A stretch of 64,000 nt of DNA from Eledone cirrhosa (taxonomy: Eukaryota): positions 373,054,001 to 373,118,000 of the forward strand of contig OZ024743.1 in NCBI GenBank assembly GCA_964016885.1. The letters are read 5' to 3'. Shown here one piece after another: positions 43,305 to 60,002 of the stretch. Under the pieces are notes generated by a model, which did no database searches, had not been told where the DNA came from, and saw only the letters and a program-made list of their open reading frames with translations. Position 1 is the first letter of the stretch. Each line of letters opens with the position of its first letter. Made by a program: the position numbers and the translations under genes.

Positions 43305-44759
43305 GTGGGCCTCTTTCTCCTTTTCAACATAAATGCCTCCTTTCCCCACCTTAAAGGTGGTTTATATCGTGATGACTGTCTTCTTCTTTCCAACAACCTT
43401 AGCCTTTCAGAAATAGAAAAAAACAAAAAGCATATTAGAACTTTCCTTAAAGACTATTATAGTCTTCATATTACTTTTGAAAAAACAAGTAAAGTAGTAA
43501 ATTTCCTAGATATAACTTTAGACTTAGCTACGGGTATCTACCAACCTTACCATAAACCCAACCAAAACTTACACTACATACACTCACAATCTAATCACCC
43601 TAAATCTATCCTTAAAAACCTTGCATATAATATATCACTTAGAATTTCTAACCTTTCTTCTAACCAAGATGTATTTGATAAAAATGCGACCTTCTATAAC
43701 GAAGCTCTAGATAGAAGTGGCCACAAAAATAGATTAGAATATATACCTTCTACTAAAAATACTATAAACATACAACCTAATATTACCAACAAACACCAAA
43801 TGAAAAGTACACACCTAAATGCCACCCACACTATACCCCAAAATACCAACTCTTCTAATATAAAGTATAGTAACTCTCAAAAAACTACTCATCATACAAC
43901 TCTAATAAATGTTAATAATAAAACTCCTAATAAACAAGATAAAACACCTAAATCTACAAATCTAACTAAAAATGTGCGTGGTGAGATCATTAACATTAAT
44001 CCTCCTAGTAAACATCACGATACAACCTATAAAAATAATAAACAACATAGAAACCGTAATAGACGGGTTACTTGGTATAATGCTCCATTTAATTTACAAA
44101 TTAAGGATAATATTGCTAAAAAAATTTTTTATATCCTAGAGAAAAACTTCCCGCCAAACCACAAATACCATCAAATCTTAAATAGGTCTACAGTTAAATT
44201 CTCATACTCAACAACAAATAACATAAAACAAAATATAAGTGCCTATAATGCATATAAATGTAAGAATACCATAAGTATACCACCAATACATCAAACTAAC
44301 CATATCTCTTCAAATACAGAATTAACGAAAGGTTGTAACTGTAGAAACAAGGCAAACTGCCCATTAAAAGGAAATTGTCTTGTTAACAACATAGTTTATA
44401 AATGTAATGTTAAAACTAAAGATTCTATTTGCTCATATATAGGAGCTACTTCTAACAAATTTAAGGCAAGGTTTAATACCCACAAACATAGTTTTAAAAA
44501 TGCCGCACTGGCTAATACAACATCTCTAGCAGAAAAAATCAATAGTTATAAAAATAAGAATATAGAATATGATTTGACCTGGAGTGTGCTCAAAAGAGCC
44601 ACCCCTTATCAAAATAATAGAAATGAATGTAGATTATGTTCCCAAGAACTATTTGAAATAATGAAATCTAAGGATATCCTATTAAATAAACGACAGGAAT
44701 TAATTATATCGTGTAATCATAAACTAAGAAAAACATTTAAATATTATAAACCTAATTAA
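43305..44759 (+). CDS. 5'-truncated PLE ORF (RT C-terminal half plus GIY-YIG endonuclease), Hydra-clade-like
   Basis: [29 protein letters not shown]...CPL.GNCL, IVYKC...YIGAT, CRLC..E, NKRQE...C.H. The start is a truncation, not a true start codon. Confidence 0.9.
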   Translation: MGLFLLFNINASFPHLKGGLYRDDCLLLSNNLSLSEIEKNKKHIRTFLKDYYSLHITFEKTSKVVNFLDITLDLATGIYQPYHKPNQNLHYIHSQSNHPKSILKNLAYNISLRISNLSSNQDVFDKNATFYNEALDRSGHKNRLEYIPSTKNTINIQPNITNKHQMKSTHLNATHTIPQNTNSSNIKYSNSQKTTHHTTLINVNNKTPNKQDKTPKSTNLTKNVRGEIININPPSKHHDTTYKNNKQHRNRNRRVTWYNAPFNLQIKDNIAKKIFYILEKNFPPNHKYHQILNRSTVKFSYSTTNNIKQNISAYNAYKCKNTISIPPIHQTNHISSNTELTKGCNCRNKANCPLKGNCLVNNIVYKCNVKTKDSICSYIGATSNKFKARFNTHKHSFKNAALANTTSLAEKINSYKNKNIEYDLTWSVLKRATPYQNNRNECRLCSQELFEIMKSKDILLNKRQELIISCNHKLRKTFKYYKPN

Positions 44760-45357
44760 TAACATTATTTTAGAATTTAATATATAATTTAATTTAAATG
44801 TTAGTTAACCTATAAATTTAATTTAATTAAAATTTTACTACAGATGAGATTATAAAATATTGTGTAATCATTAATTGTGAAAAACTTTTAAATATCACTA
44901 ATATATACTTCGTAAATTAATTTATAGATTAATTTTAATTTATTTAACTTTTTATTAAAATTCCTTTACAGATAAAATATAACAATATATCGTGTATTCA
45001 ATGACAGAGAAATAATTTTTAGTATTATAGACCTAATTAATGTACATTTTAGAAATATATTTATAATTTGGTTTTAAATTTGGTCAACCTAAAAATTTAA
45101 TTTAATTGGCTTAAAATTAATATCCTAATACAGATGGATTGCAGAGTGTCATGTAATCATAGACTGAGATAGGTTTTGGATCTATACCTAGTTAATATAT
45201 TCTTTGCAATTTTTGAAAAAATATGTATATGTATGTATATATATGTATATGTATATATATATATGTGTATATATATATATGTATATGTGTATGTATTAAT
45301 TTTAATTTTCTGTTTACCTATAATTATATTCTACTATAGATAAAATACAATATCTGT

Positions 45358-49391
<4,034 letters not shown>

Positions 49392-52300
49392 AGTAAATAA
49401 TTTATTATTGAACAAAACACAAGCTGAACGGCTAAAACACACAATAACAGTTAATATGAAAAGAACAACATACACAAAAGTCAACGCACTCTACAGACAA
49501 AAACGCATCAACGGTAAGGAAATCCGAAATCTCATCACAGCAAACGAGAGAGATGACTTCATGAGCGTCATCCGACGCGAAACGAAATATGCTCAAAACG
49601 AATGCTGTAGGCATTTCAAGAAGAAATTAGAATGGATGAATAAGAAAAAACTACAAGAAAGGAAAATCGAATATTCTCAAAAATACCCAGATAACATCGA
49701 CAACATCCGTATGAGTGATGTAAAACTACCGGAAGAATTTACCAATGACCACACAGTAAATATCTATGGGAACACTTTAATCAGTGAACAAGAACAACAA
49801 ATCCTAAAGTTACCACCAAAATTTGCCATCTACAAAAAGATTAATCCTATGGAATGCAAAACGGAGCTGGAAAAGTGTTTCACAAAAATACGTTGGAATG
49901 CAAAGGTAAACAACAACAACAATAATAACGGTAGTAGTAATATAAACAATAACTCTGGGTATAGAAATAACAGCCATAACCATAACAATGGCAGGAAAGT
50001 GAGAAATAGTGATAATGGTAATAATACTAGCGATAGACAGAACAACAACAACCACAATAATAATAATAATAGAAACGTTAACCACAGACACAGCAACAGT
50101 GACCACAGTAGTAATAACGGTAACAATACGAACAACAACAACAACAATAACCACAGTGGTAATAATGGAAATAGTACATGTAGCAACATCAACAAAAACA
50201 AGAAACATAATAATAGTAACAACCACAATGGTAGAAATAGCAGTAACAACAACAACAATAACGGTGAAGTAAACAACAATACATCTAGCAATCATAACAA
50301 TAATAATATTAATGCTAAGGATAGAAACAACAACAACCACCATGATAACAATAATAGCAACACACACAACTATGACGATAGAAATAACGACAACCCCTTA
50401 GAGAAACTATTTTTCAACCCAGCTGACAAAACATATAAGATGGGTAATATCTATCCTACGAGGTTACCCTTTAATAAAAGAGTTTGCATACCACAACAAA
50501 TAGATGACGAGACGGAGGCACAGTTCACCATAGCTAGAAATAAGATTAGACAAGTAGTAGACAGGTACACTATGAGACAGAGCAGACCAGAGGCCCAACA
50601 ACTTGGGATAAAACCTGTAGAAGGCTTGGTTAGCCTCAAGCAGCGCACAAGGGATGGTGAGGTAGTGTGTCTACCCACAGATAAGTCTGGTAGGATGTCA
50701 ATAGATAGCATGCCGAACTACATCGAGGCAATGCAACCCCACATCACCAACACGAGCGAAGTTGCACAACTAACACACGATGGGAGAGAAAAAATCCTCA
50801 ACGCTCACATGATGATGTGGACTGACATCCTAAAGCCAAGCAGACGCACTGCCAACAACTTCCAGGCGTCTAACAATGGCATACCACCCTTGTATGGGCT
50901 CCGCAAAGACCACAAGACAGTCGACGACCCGACAATAGGACCACCAACAAGACCTGTATGCGGAGCTAATATAGCTAGCAACTACAGGATCTCCTACTTC
51001 CTCTCAATGGTTATACGCCCCATAATCAAGATGTCCCCAGATGTATGTGAAAGTACAGAGGACCTCCTCAGCAGAATCAGTGAGTGCAACAAAAACAGGA
51101 GCCTATCCAACTGCATAATAGGCAGCATGGATGTGGTGTCACTGTACCCATCCATTAACATTGATTTTGCTGTGAAAAGATGTGTGGAGATGATCATTGA
51201 GAGTGAGGTGGAGTTCTGCGACGTCGACACAGACGAACTGGGCCTCCTACTTAGACTTACCTACGACACTGACTACCTAGACAGCCATGACCTTAGATGT
51301 TTCTGCCCTAGTAGACCTATAAGAGGTAGACCCCCCACCATAACCTCAATGGCTAAAAAGACTCCCATAGGAAGGTGGATTGGGTGGACCAAAGCTATAC
51401 GGACCCCCCAAAACACTGATCAGGTAAGAAAAATGGTCGCACATGCAATAGGGGCTAGTATCAAAACTACCCTAAAGGGCCACATATTTAAGTTCAATGA
51501 GAAAATCTACACCCAAAATGAGGGAGCAGCCATCGGCGTCAGCATAGCTGGCGATGTTGCCAACCTTTTCATGGTATGGTGGGAAAGGAGACTTAAAGAT
51601 CTCCTTAATGAAAGCTCCATAGACCTCATCATGTACTCTCGTTATGTAGACGATATCAATATAGTTATAAGAACACCCCCACTAGAGAGCACTAACAAGT
51701 TTGATTTAGAACGTAGCACGATGGAAAGCATCCAGCAGATAGCTAATTCCATACACCAGAGTATAACTGTAACTATAGACTTCCCTTCCAAACACCCTAA
51801 CAATAGACTACCTGTATTAGACACAGAACTCTGGATCAACACTATAGACGAGAGAGCCCAAATTCTCCACTCACACTATGCTAAACCCATGGCCTCCAAA
51901 TACCTGATACTCAAAAACTCAGCAATGTCCAGTAGTGCTAAGTTTAATATTCTGATCGCAGATTTGGTACGAGTGATGAAGAATGTGTCCAGCATGTGCG
52001 ACCCAACAGAAATGGAAGGACACATCCAACACTTCATCAACCGCATGCAGTTCTCTGGCTACAACCAAAGAGACAGAGTCAGAGTATACGAAGGAGCCAT
52101 GGAAAAGTATAAGACCCTCATAGAACTGGACATGAAAGGAATTTGCCCACTATACAGGAGCAAATCATGGAATAGCTTAGATAGGGCTAGACATAAGATA
52201 GGGAAGGCCACATCATGGTACGACAACCAGAGATATCAGAGTGTCATGTTTGTGGACGCCACCCCTGGAGGGAAATTAGCTAACCAGTGTAGAAAGGCCC

Positions 52301-52800
52301 TGAGAAAGACCCACTTAAAAATAAAGGTGGTAGAAAAGCCAGGAACCACCATAAAATCCCTGATCAGCAAAACCTACCCTTTTAAGAAAACCCACTGTAC
52401 CAATAGGAAATGTATCATATGTAAGGTGAACCCCCGGATAAACTGTAAAACTAGAAACGTAGTCTATAGCATAAGATGTACAGAGGGTACTTGCAGAAAC
52501 ACGACAACAACATACATAGGTGAGACAGCTCGTAGCATAGGTGAAAGGATAGACCAACACTGGGGGGAACTAAAAGGACGAAAAAACGGGTCAGTACTAT
52601 ACGAACATGCTAGACAACATCATGACGGTAACATAGATAACATAGAAATTAGAATAATATCTAAACATAGGAATGACCCAGCAGATAGGCAAATCAGAGA
52701 GGCCAGTGAAATAGAAATTAGAAGACCAAAGCTAAACAGAAAGAATGAGTGGAACAACAACAACACCCAAACAAACAACACTGACCTAAGAGAAGTATAA
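49392..52800 (+). CDS. 5'-truncated first copy of the PLE ORF
   Basis: Translation identical to 53529-56937; the upstream part of the 1549-aa track ORF is microsatellite. Confidence 0.88.
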
Positions 52801-53304
52801 ATAAATAAGTAAATTAAATTAAATAAAATAAGATAAATAAATACATACACAAGCACATAAACACACACTAGTCACCCAGCAGACACAACACTATACACAC
52901 TAGTCACACATCACACATAACACTATACACACACGCAAACGCATGCGCAAAGAAGACAAAATAAAATAAGATAAACAAACAAGCAAATAAATAAATAAAT
53001 ATATAGACAGACTGAACAAAAAAAAAAAAAAAAATGGCGTAGACATACAACACAACAGGAGGAACAATGAATATAACACCACTGACGATGTTGCAGATGT
53101 GCAACGAAAGATTTATGTAAACTATATATATATGTGTTTGTCTATATTGTATCTGTATTATTTTTGACCGCCGGTCAGTCAATGGCAACATTGAGGACCG
53201 AATAAGTTAGATCGCAGATATATATATATAAAAGACAGCGAGAAGCGAAAACCAACCAAACAGTGAGTGTGTTCTGTTATTAATTCTGGCAATATTACGC
53301 AAAT

Positions 53305-56300
53305 ATGACCCTCCCCAAATATAACAATATCTGTTTCGACACACGATTTCATATAAAAAACCTCGCAAAACTAATTCATCGCCGCTATGGCATTAGCTTG
53401 TGCCAAGCTGAAAGGTTATTGAAAGACACTGTTTTCTGTTATATAAAAACTACAATAACAACAGAACAAATCCGCTTCTTAAAACACTGTGTTTCCTCCA
53501 AAACATACACAACAAACATATCAAAACAAGTAAATAATTTATTATTGAACAAAACACAAGCTGAACGGCTAAAACACACAATAACAGTTAATATGAAAAG
53601 AACAACATACACAAAAGTCAACGCACTCTACAGACAAAAACGCATCAACGGTAAGGAAATCCGAAATCTCATCACAGCAAACGAGAGAGATGACTTCATG
53701 AGCGTCATCCGACGCGAAACGAAATATGCTCAAAACGAATGCTGTAGGCATTTCAAGAAGAAATTAGAATGGATGAATAAGAAAAAACTACAAGAAAGGA
53801 AAATCGAATATTCTCAAAAATACCCAGATAACATCGACAACATCCGTATGAGTGATGTAAAACTACCGGAAGAATTTACCAATGACCACACAGTAAATAT
53901 CTATGGGAACACTTTAATCAGTGAACAAGAACAACAAATCCTAAAGTTACCACCAAAATTTGCCATCTACAAAAAGATTAATCCTATGGAATGCAAAACG
54001 GAGCTGGAAAAGTGTTTCACAAAAATACGTTGGAATGCAAAGGTAAACAACAACAACAATAATAACGGTAGTAGTAATATAAACAATAACTCTGGGTATA
54101 GAAATAACAGCCATAACCATAACAATGGCAGGAAAGTGAGAAATAGTGATAATGGTAATAATACTAGCGATAGACAGAACAACAACAACCACAATAATAA
54201 TAATAATAGAAACGTTAACCACAGACACAGCAACAGTGACCACAGTAGTAATAACGGTAACAATACGAACAACAACAACAACAATAACCACAGTGGTAAT
54301 AATGGAAATAGTACATGTAGCAACATCAACAAAAACAAGAAACATAATAATAGTAACAACCACAATGGTAGAAATAGCAGTAACAACAACAACAATAACG
54401 GTGAAGTAAACAACAATACATCTAGCAATCATAACAATAATAATATTAATGCTAAGGATAGAAACAACAACAACCACCATGATAACAATAATAGCAACAC
54501 ACACAACTATGACGATAGAAATAACGACAACCCCTTAGAGAAACTATTTTTCAACCCAGCTGACAAAACATATAAGATGGGTAATATCTATCCTACGAGG
54601 TTACCCTTTAATAAAAGAGTTTGCATACCACAACAAATAGATGACGAGACGGAGGCACAGTTCACCATAGCTAGAAATAAGATTAGACAAGTAGTAGACA
54701 GGTACACTATGAGACAGAGCAGACCAGAGGCCCAACAACTTGGGATAAAACCTGTAGAAGGCTTGGTTAGCCTCAAGCAGCGCACAAGGGATGGTGAGGT
54801 AGTGTGTCTACCCACAGATAAGTCTGGTAGGATGTCAATAGATAGCATGCCGAACTACATCGAGGCAATGCAACCCCACATCACCAACACGAGCGAAGTT
54901 GCACAACTAACACACGATGGGAGAGAAAAAATCCTCAACGCTCACATGATGATGTGGACTGACATCCTAAAGCCAAGCAGACGCACTGCCAACAACTTCC
55001 AGGCGTCTAACAATGGCATACCACCCTTGTATGGGCTCCGCAAAGACCACAAGACAGTCGACGACCCGACAATAGGACCACCAACAAGACCTGTATGCGG
55101 AGCTAATATAGCTAGCAACTACAGGATCTCCTACTTCCTCTCAATGGTTATACGCCCCATAATCAAGATGTCCCCAGATGTATGTGAAAGTACAGAGGAC
55201 CTCCTCAGCAGAATCAGTGAGTGCAACAAAAACAGGAGCCTATCCAACTGCATAATAGGCAGCATGGATGTGGTGTCACTGTACCCATCCATTAACATTG
55301 ATTTTGCTGTGAAAAGATGTGTGGAGATGATCATTGAGAGTGAGGTGGAGTTCTGCGACGTCGACACAGACGAACTGGGCCTCCTACTTAGACTTACCTA
55401 CGACACTGACTACCTAGACAGCCATGACCTTAGATGTTTCTGCCCTAGTAGACCTATAAGAGGTAGACCCCCCACCATAACCTCAATGGCTAAAAAGACT
55501 CCCATAGGAAGGTGGATTGGGTGGACCAAAGCTATACGGACCCCCCAAAACACTGATCAGGTAAGAAAAATGGTCGCACATGCAATAGGGGCTAGTATCA
55601 AAACTACCCTAAAGGGCCACATATTTAAGTTCAATGAGAAAATCTACACCCAAAATGAGGGAGCAGCCATCGGCGTCAGCATAGCTGGCGATGTTGCCAA
55701 CCTTTTCATGGTATGGTGGGAAAGGAGACTTAAAGATCTCCTTAATGAAAGCTCCATAGACCTCATCATGTACTCTCGTTATGTAGACGATATCAATATA
55801 GTTATAAGAACACCCCCACTAGAGAGCACTAACAAGTTTGATTTAGAACGTAGCACGATGGAAAGCATCCAGCAGATAGCTAATTCCATACACCAGAGTA
55901 TAACTGTAACTATAGACTTCCCTTCCAAACACCCTAACAATAGACTACCTGTATTAGACACAGAACTCTGGATCAACACTATAGACGAGAGAGCCCAAAT
56001 TCTCCACTCACACTATGCTAAACCCATGGCCTCCAAATACCTGATACTCAAAAACTCAGCAATGTCCAGTAGTGCTAAGTTTAATATTCTGATCGCAGAT
56101 TTGGTACGAGTGATGAAGAATGTGTCCAGCATGTGCGACCCAACAGAAATGGAAGGACACATCCAACACTTCATCAACCGCATGCAGTTCTCTGGCTACA
56201 ACCAAAGAGACAGAGTCAGAGTATACGAAGGAGCCATGGAAAAGTATAAGACCCTCATAGAACTGGACATGAAAGGAATTTGCCCACTATACAGGAGCAA

Positions 56301-56937
56301 ATCATGGAATAGCTTAGATAGGGCTAGACATAAGATAGGGAAGGCCACATCATGGTACGACAACCAGAGATATCAGAGTGTCATGTTTGTGGACGCCACC
56401 CCTGGAGGGAAATTAGCTAACCAGTGTAGAAAGGCCCTGAGAAAGACCCACTTAAAAATAAAGGTGGTAGAAAAGCCAGGAACCACCATAAAATCCCTGA
56501 TCAGCAAAACCTACCCTTTTAAGAAAACCCACTGTACCAATAGGAAATGTATCATATGTAAGGTGAACCCCCGGATAAACTGTAAAACTAGAAACGTAGT
56601 CTATAGCATAAGATGTACAGAGGGTACTTGCAGAAACACGACAACAACATACATAGGTGAGACAGCTCGTAGCATAGGTGAAAGGATAGACCAACACTGG
56701 GGGGAACTAAAAGGACGAAAAAACGGGTCAGTACTATACGAACATGCTAGACAACATCATGACGGTAACATAGATAACATAGAAATTAGAATAATATCTA
56801 AACATAGGAATGACCCAGCAGATAGGCAAATCAGAGAGGCCAGTGAAATAGAAATTAGAAGACCAAAGCTAAACAGAAAGAATGAGTGGAACAACAACAA
56901 CACCCAAACAAACAACACTGACCTAAGAGAAGTATAA
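53305..56937 (+). CDS. Intact PLE polyprotein, 1210 aa: N-terminal region, Asn-rich tract, RT, Cys linker, GIY-YIG endonuclease
   Basis: [66 protein letters not shown]...[21 protein letters not shown]. Confidence 0.95.
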   Translation: MTLPKYNNICFDTRFHIKNLAKLIHRRYGISLCQAERLLKDTVFCYIKTTITTEQIRFLKHCVSSKTYTTNISKQVNNLLLNKTQAERLKHTITVNMKRTTYTKVNALYRQKRINGKEIRNLITANERDDFMSVIRRETKYAQNECCRHFKKKLEWMNKKKLQERKIEYSQKYPDNIDNIRMSDVKLPEEFTNDHTVNIYGNTLISEQEQQILKLPPKFAIYKKINPMECKTELEKCFTKIRWNAKVNNNNNNNGSSNINNNSGYRNNSHNHNNGRKVRNSDNGNNTSDRQNNNNHNNNNNRNVNHRHSNSDHSSNNGNNTNNNNNNNHSGNNGNSTCSNINKNKKHNNSNNHNGRNSSNNNNNNGEVNNNTSSNHNNNNINAKDRNNNNHHDNNNSNTHNYDDRNNDNPLEKLFFNPADKTYKMGNIYPTRLPFNKRVCIPQQIDDETEAQFTIARNKIRQVVDRYTMRQSRPEAQQLGIKPVEGLVSLKQRTRDGEVVCLPTDKSGRMSIDSMPNYIEAMQPHITNTSEVAQLTHDGREKILNAHMMMWTDILKPSRRTANNFQASNNGIPPLYGLRKDHKTVDDPTIGPPTRPVCGANIASNYRISYFLSMVIRPIIKMSPDVCESTEDLLSRISECNKNRSLSNCIIGSMDVVSLYPSINIDFAVKRCVEMIIESEVEFCDVDTDELGLLLRLTYDTDYLDSHDLRCFCPSRPIRGRPPTITSMAKKTPIGRWIGWTKAIRTPQNTDQVRKMVAHAIGASIKTTLKGHIFKFNEKIYTQNEGAAIGVSIAGDVANLFMVWWERRLKDLLNESSIDLIMYSRYVDDINIVIRTPPLESTNKFDLERSTMESIQQIANSIHQSITVTIDFPSKHPNNRLPVLDTELWINTIDERAQILHSHYAKPMASKYLILKNSAMSSSAKFNILIADLVRVMKNVSSMCDPTEMEGHIQHFINRMQFSGYNQRDRVRVYEGAMEKYKTLIELDMKGICPLYRSKSWNSLDRARHKIGKATSWYDNQRYQSVMFVDATPGGKLANQCRKALRKTHLKIKVVEKPGTTIKSLISKTYPFKKTHCTNRKCIICKVNPRINCKTRNVVYSIRCTEGTCRNTTTTYIGETARSIGERIDQHWGELKGRKNGSVLYEHARQHHDGNIDNIEIRIISKHRNDPADRQIREASEIEIRRPKLNRKNEWNNNNTQTNNTDLREV

Positions 56938-57539
56938 ATAAATAAGTAAATTAAATAAAATAAAATAAGATAAATAAATACATACACAAGCACATAAACA
57001 CACACTAGTCACCCAGCAGACACAACACTATACACACTAGTCACACATCACACATAACACTATACACACACGCAAACGCATGCGCAAAGAAGACAAAATA
57101 AAATAAGATAAACAAACAAGCAAATAAATAAATAAATATATAGACAGACTGAACAAAAACAAAAAAAAAAAAAATGGCGTAGACATACAACACAACAGGA
57201 GGAACAATGAATATAACACCACTGACGATGTTGCAGATGTGCAACGAAAGATTTATGTAAACTATATATATATGTGTTTGTCTATATTGTATCTGTATTA
57301 TTTTTGACCGCCGGTCAGTCAATGGCAACATTGAGGACCGAATAAGTTAGATCGCAGATATATATATATAAAAGACAGCGAGAAGCGAAAACCAACCAAA
57401 CAGTGAGTGTGTTCTGTTATTAATTCTGGCAATATTACGCAAATATGACCCTCCCCAAATATAACAACATATATATATATATATTCATATATATTCATAT
57501 ATATATATATATTCATATATATTCATATATATATATATA

Positions 57540-57589
<50 letters not shown>

Positions 57590-57625
57590 TATATATTCAT
57601 ATATATATATATATTCATATATATA

Positions 57626-57703
<78 letters not shown>

Positions 57704-57780
57704 TATTGAAATTATTGAATATATATATAAAGTATTGAATATATATATATATATTGAATATATATATATATATATATATA

Positions 57781-57846
<66 letters not shown>

Positions 57847-57870
57847 TATATATATACATATATATATATA

Positions 57871-58152
<282 letters not shown>

Positions 58153-58223
58153 TATATATATATATATATATTCATATATATATATATATATATATTCATA
58201 TATATATATATATATATATATTC

Positions 58224-58380
<157 letters not shown>

Positions 58381-58503
58381 TATATATATATATATATATA
58401 TATTCATATATATATATTAATATATATAACGAAGGAAATGTGGTAAGGAACCAGGTGGACCATAACGCACCAAAGTACTCAATACTTGAGGTAGTAGAGT
58501 GGG

Positions 58504-58620
58504 TAATAGGAACCAGTAAGACCCCGACAGCTGAGCTCAAGCCGTTTCGACGGCTAATTCTGAGAATTAGCCGTCGAAACGGCTTGAGCTCAGCTGTCGG
58601 GGTCTTACTGGTTCCTATTA
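58504..58620. repeat. Perfect 58-bp-arm palindrome with a 1-nt spacer, inside a short PLE-type terminus (58428-58620)
   Basis: 58504-58561 is the reverse complement of 58563-58620; related to 24149-24241. Confidence 0.92.
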
Positions 58621-59243
58621 ATATATATATATATATATATTCATATATATGTATATATATATATATATTCATATATATATATTCATATATATTCATATAT
58701 ATATATATATTCATATATATATATATATATATATGCATATATATTCATATATATATATATATTCATATATATTCATATATATATATATATATTCATATAT
58801 ATATATATATTCATATATATATATATATATATTCATATATATATTCATATATATATATATATATTCATATATATTCATATATATATATATATTCATATAT
58901 ATATTCATATATATATATATATATTCATATATATATATATATATTCATATATATATATATATATTCATATATATATTCATATATATATATATATTCATAT
59001 ATATATATATATATTCATATATATTCATATATATATATATATTCATATATATTCATATATATATATATATTCATATATATATATATATATTCATATATAT
59101 TCATATATATATATATATATATTCATATATATTCATATATATATATATATTCATATATATATATATATATATATATTCATATATATTCATATATATATAT
59201 ATATTCATATATATTCATATATATATATATATTCATATATATA

Positions 59244-59292
<49 letters not shown>

Positions 59293-59295
<3 letters not shown>

Positions 59296-59971
59296 TATTG
59301 AAATTTCAGCTAGAAACAGAAAAGATCATAGAAATGAAGAGTGCTCTATGTCAGTATCAGAGCAAAATTTAATGTATAAAATCAATACAATATTATTACC
59401 TCATTACCAGAGGTTTCCCGAATGAGGCGAATACGAAATAAACGACTTCATTCGTTCGTCAGACGAGGCAATATAAAACATGGGCAAATACTTAGAAAAA
59501 CACATCAAGAAAATCAAAAAAATATATAGATAAATGAAATAGAAATTGAAATATATAAAAATCTATCAAGAAAAATAGTTAGGTGTGTGTATGTGTATGT
59601 ATATACGCTCATAGATGTGCATATATGTATATGTGCACGTGTAAATGTATGGTTAGAAAGTGTGCGTAATTATAAAAATTTAGGGCAAATGTATCTATAT
59701 GTCTGTATTATGCAGACGGAAATGGTTACTTCGTAAAAATAAGAAAATAAAGTCGCGCGCATAAAAACGCCTGGACACTCGTACATTTAGATACGGAAAG
59801 TAAGGAGATGAAGAGAGTATAATAAATAAAAGAAAAGTATCTATTACGATATATTTATAAAAATATATTAACGATAAATTAGAAAGACAAGATAGAAAGA
59901 AAAAATTAAAGAAAACAAAAAAAGCGGGGGTACATACATACACAGACACGCGTGACATACGTTCGATACGT

Positions 59972-60002
<31 letters not shown>

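Larger units (their letters stand above)
49392..57467 (+). mobile_element. Head-to-tail partial tandem (~1.95 units of ~4.14 kb) of a Penelope-like retroelement, Naiad-like
   Basis: Period 4137-4140 bp (stops at 52800 and 56937); no spacer; the 3' end stops 23 nt into a third ORF start; flanked by (TA)n. Confidence 0.95.

Noticed and set aside
49810-50367. Hydrophobic antisense ORFs (poly-V/I/L), repeated at 53947-54504
   Set aside because: Reverse-strand shadow of the Asn-rich tract.
53305-56937. Selenoprotein-type recoding, reported for some Naiad elements
   Set aside because: The ORF is open with no in-frame TGA.
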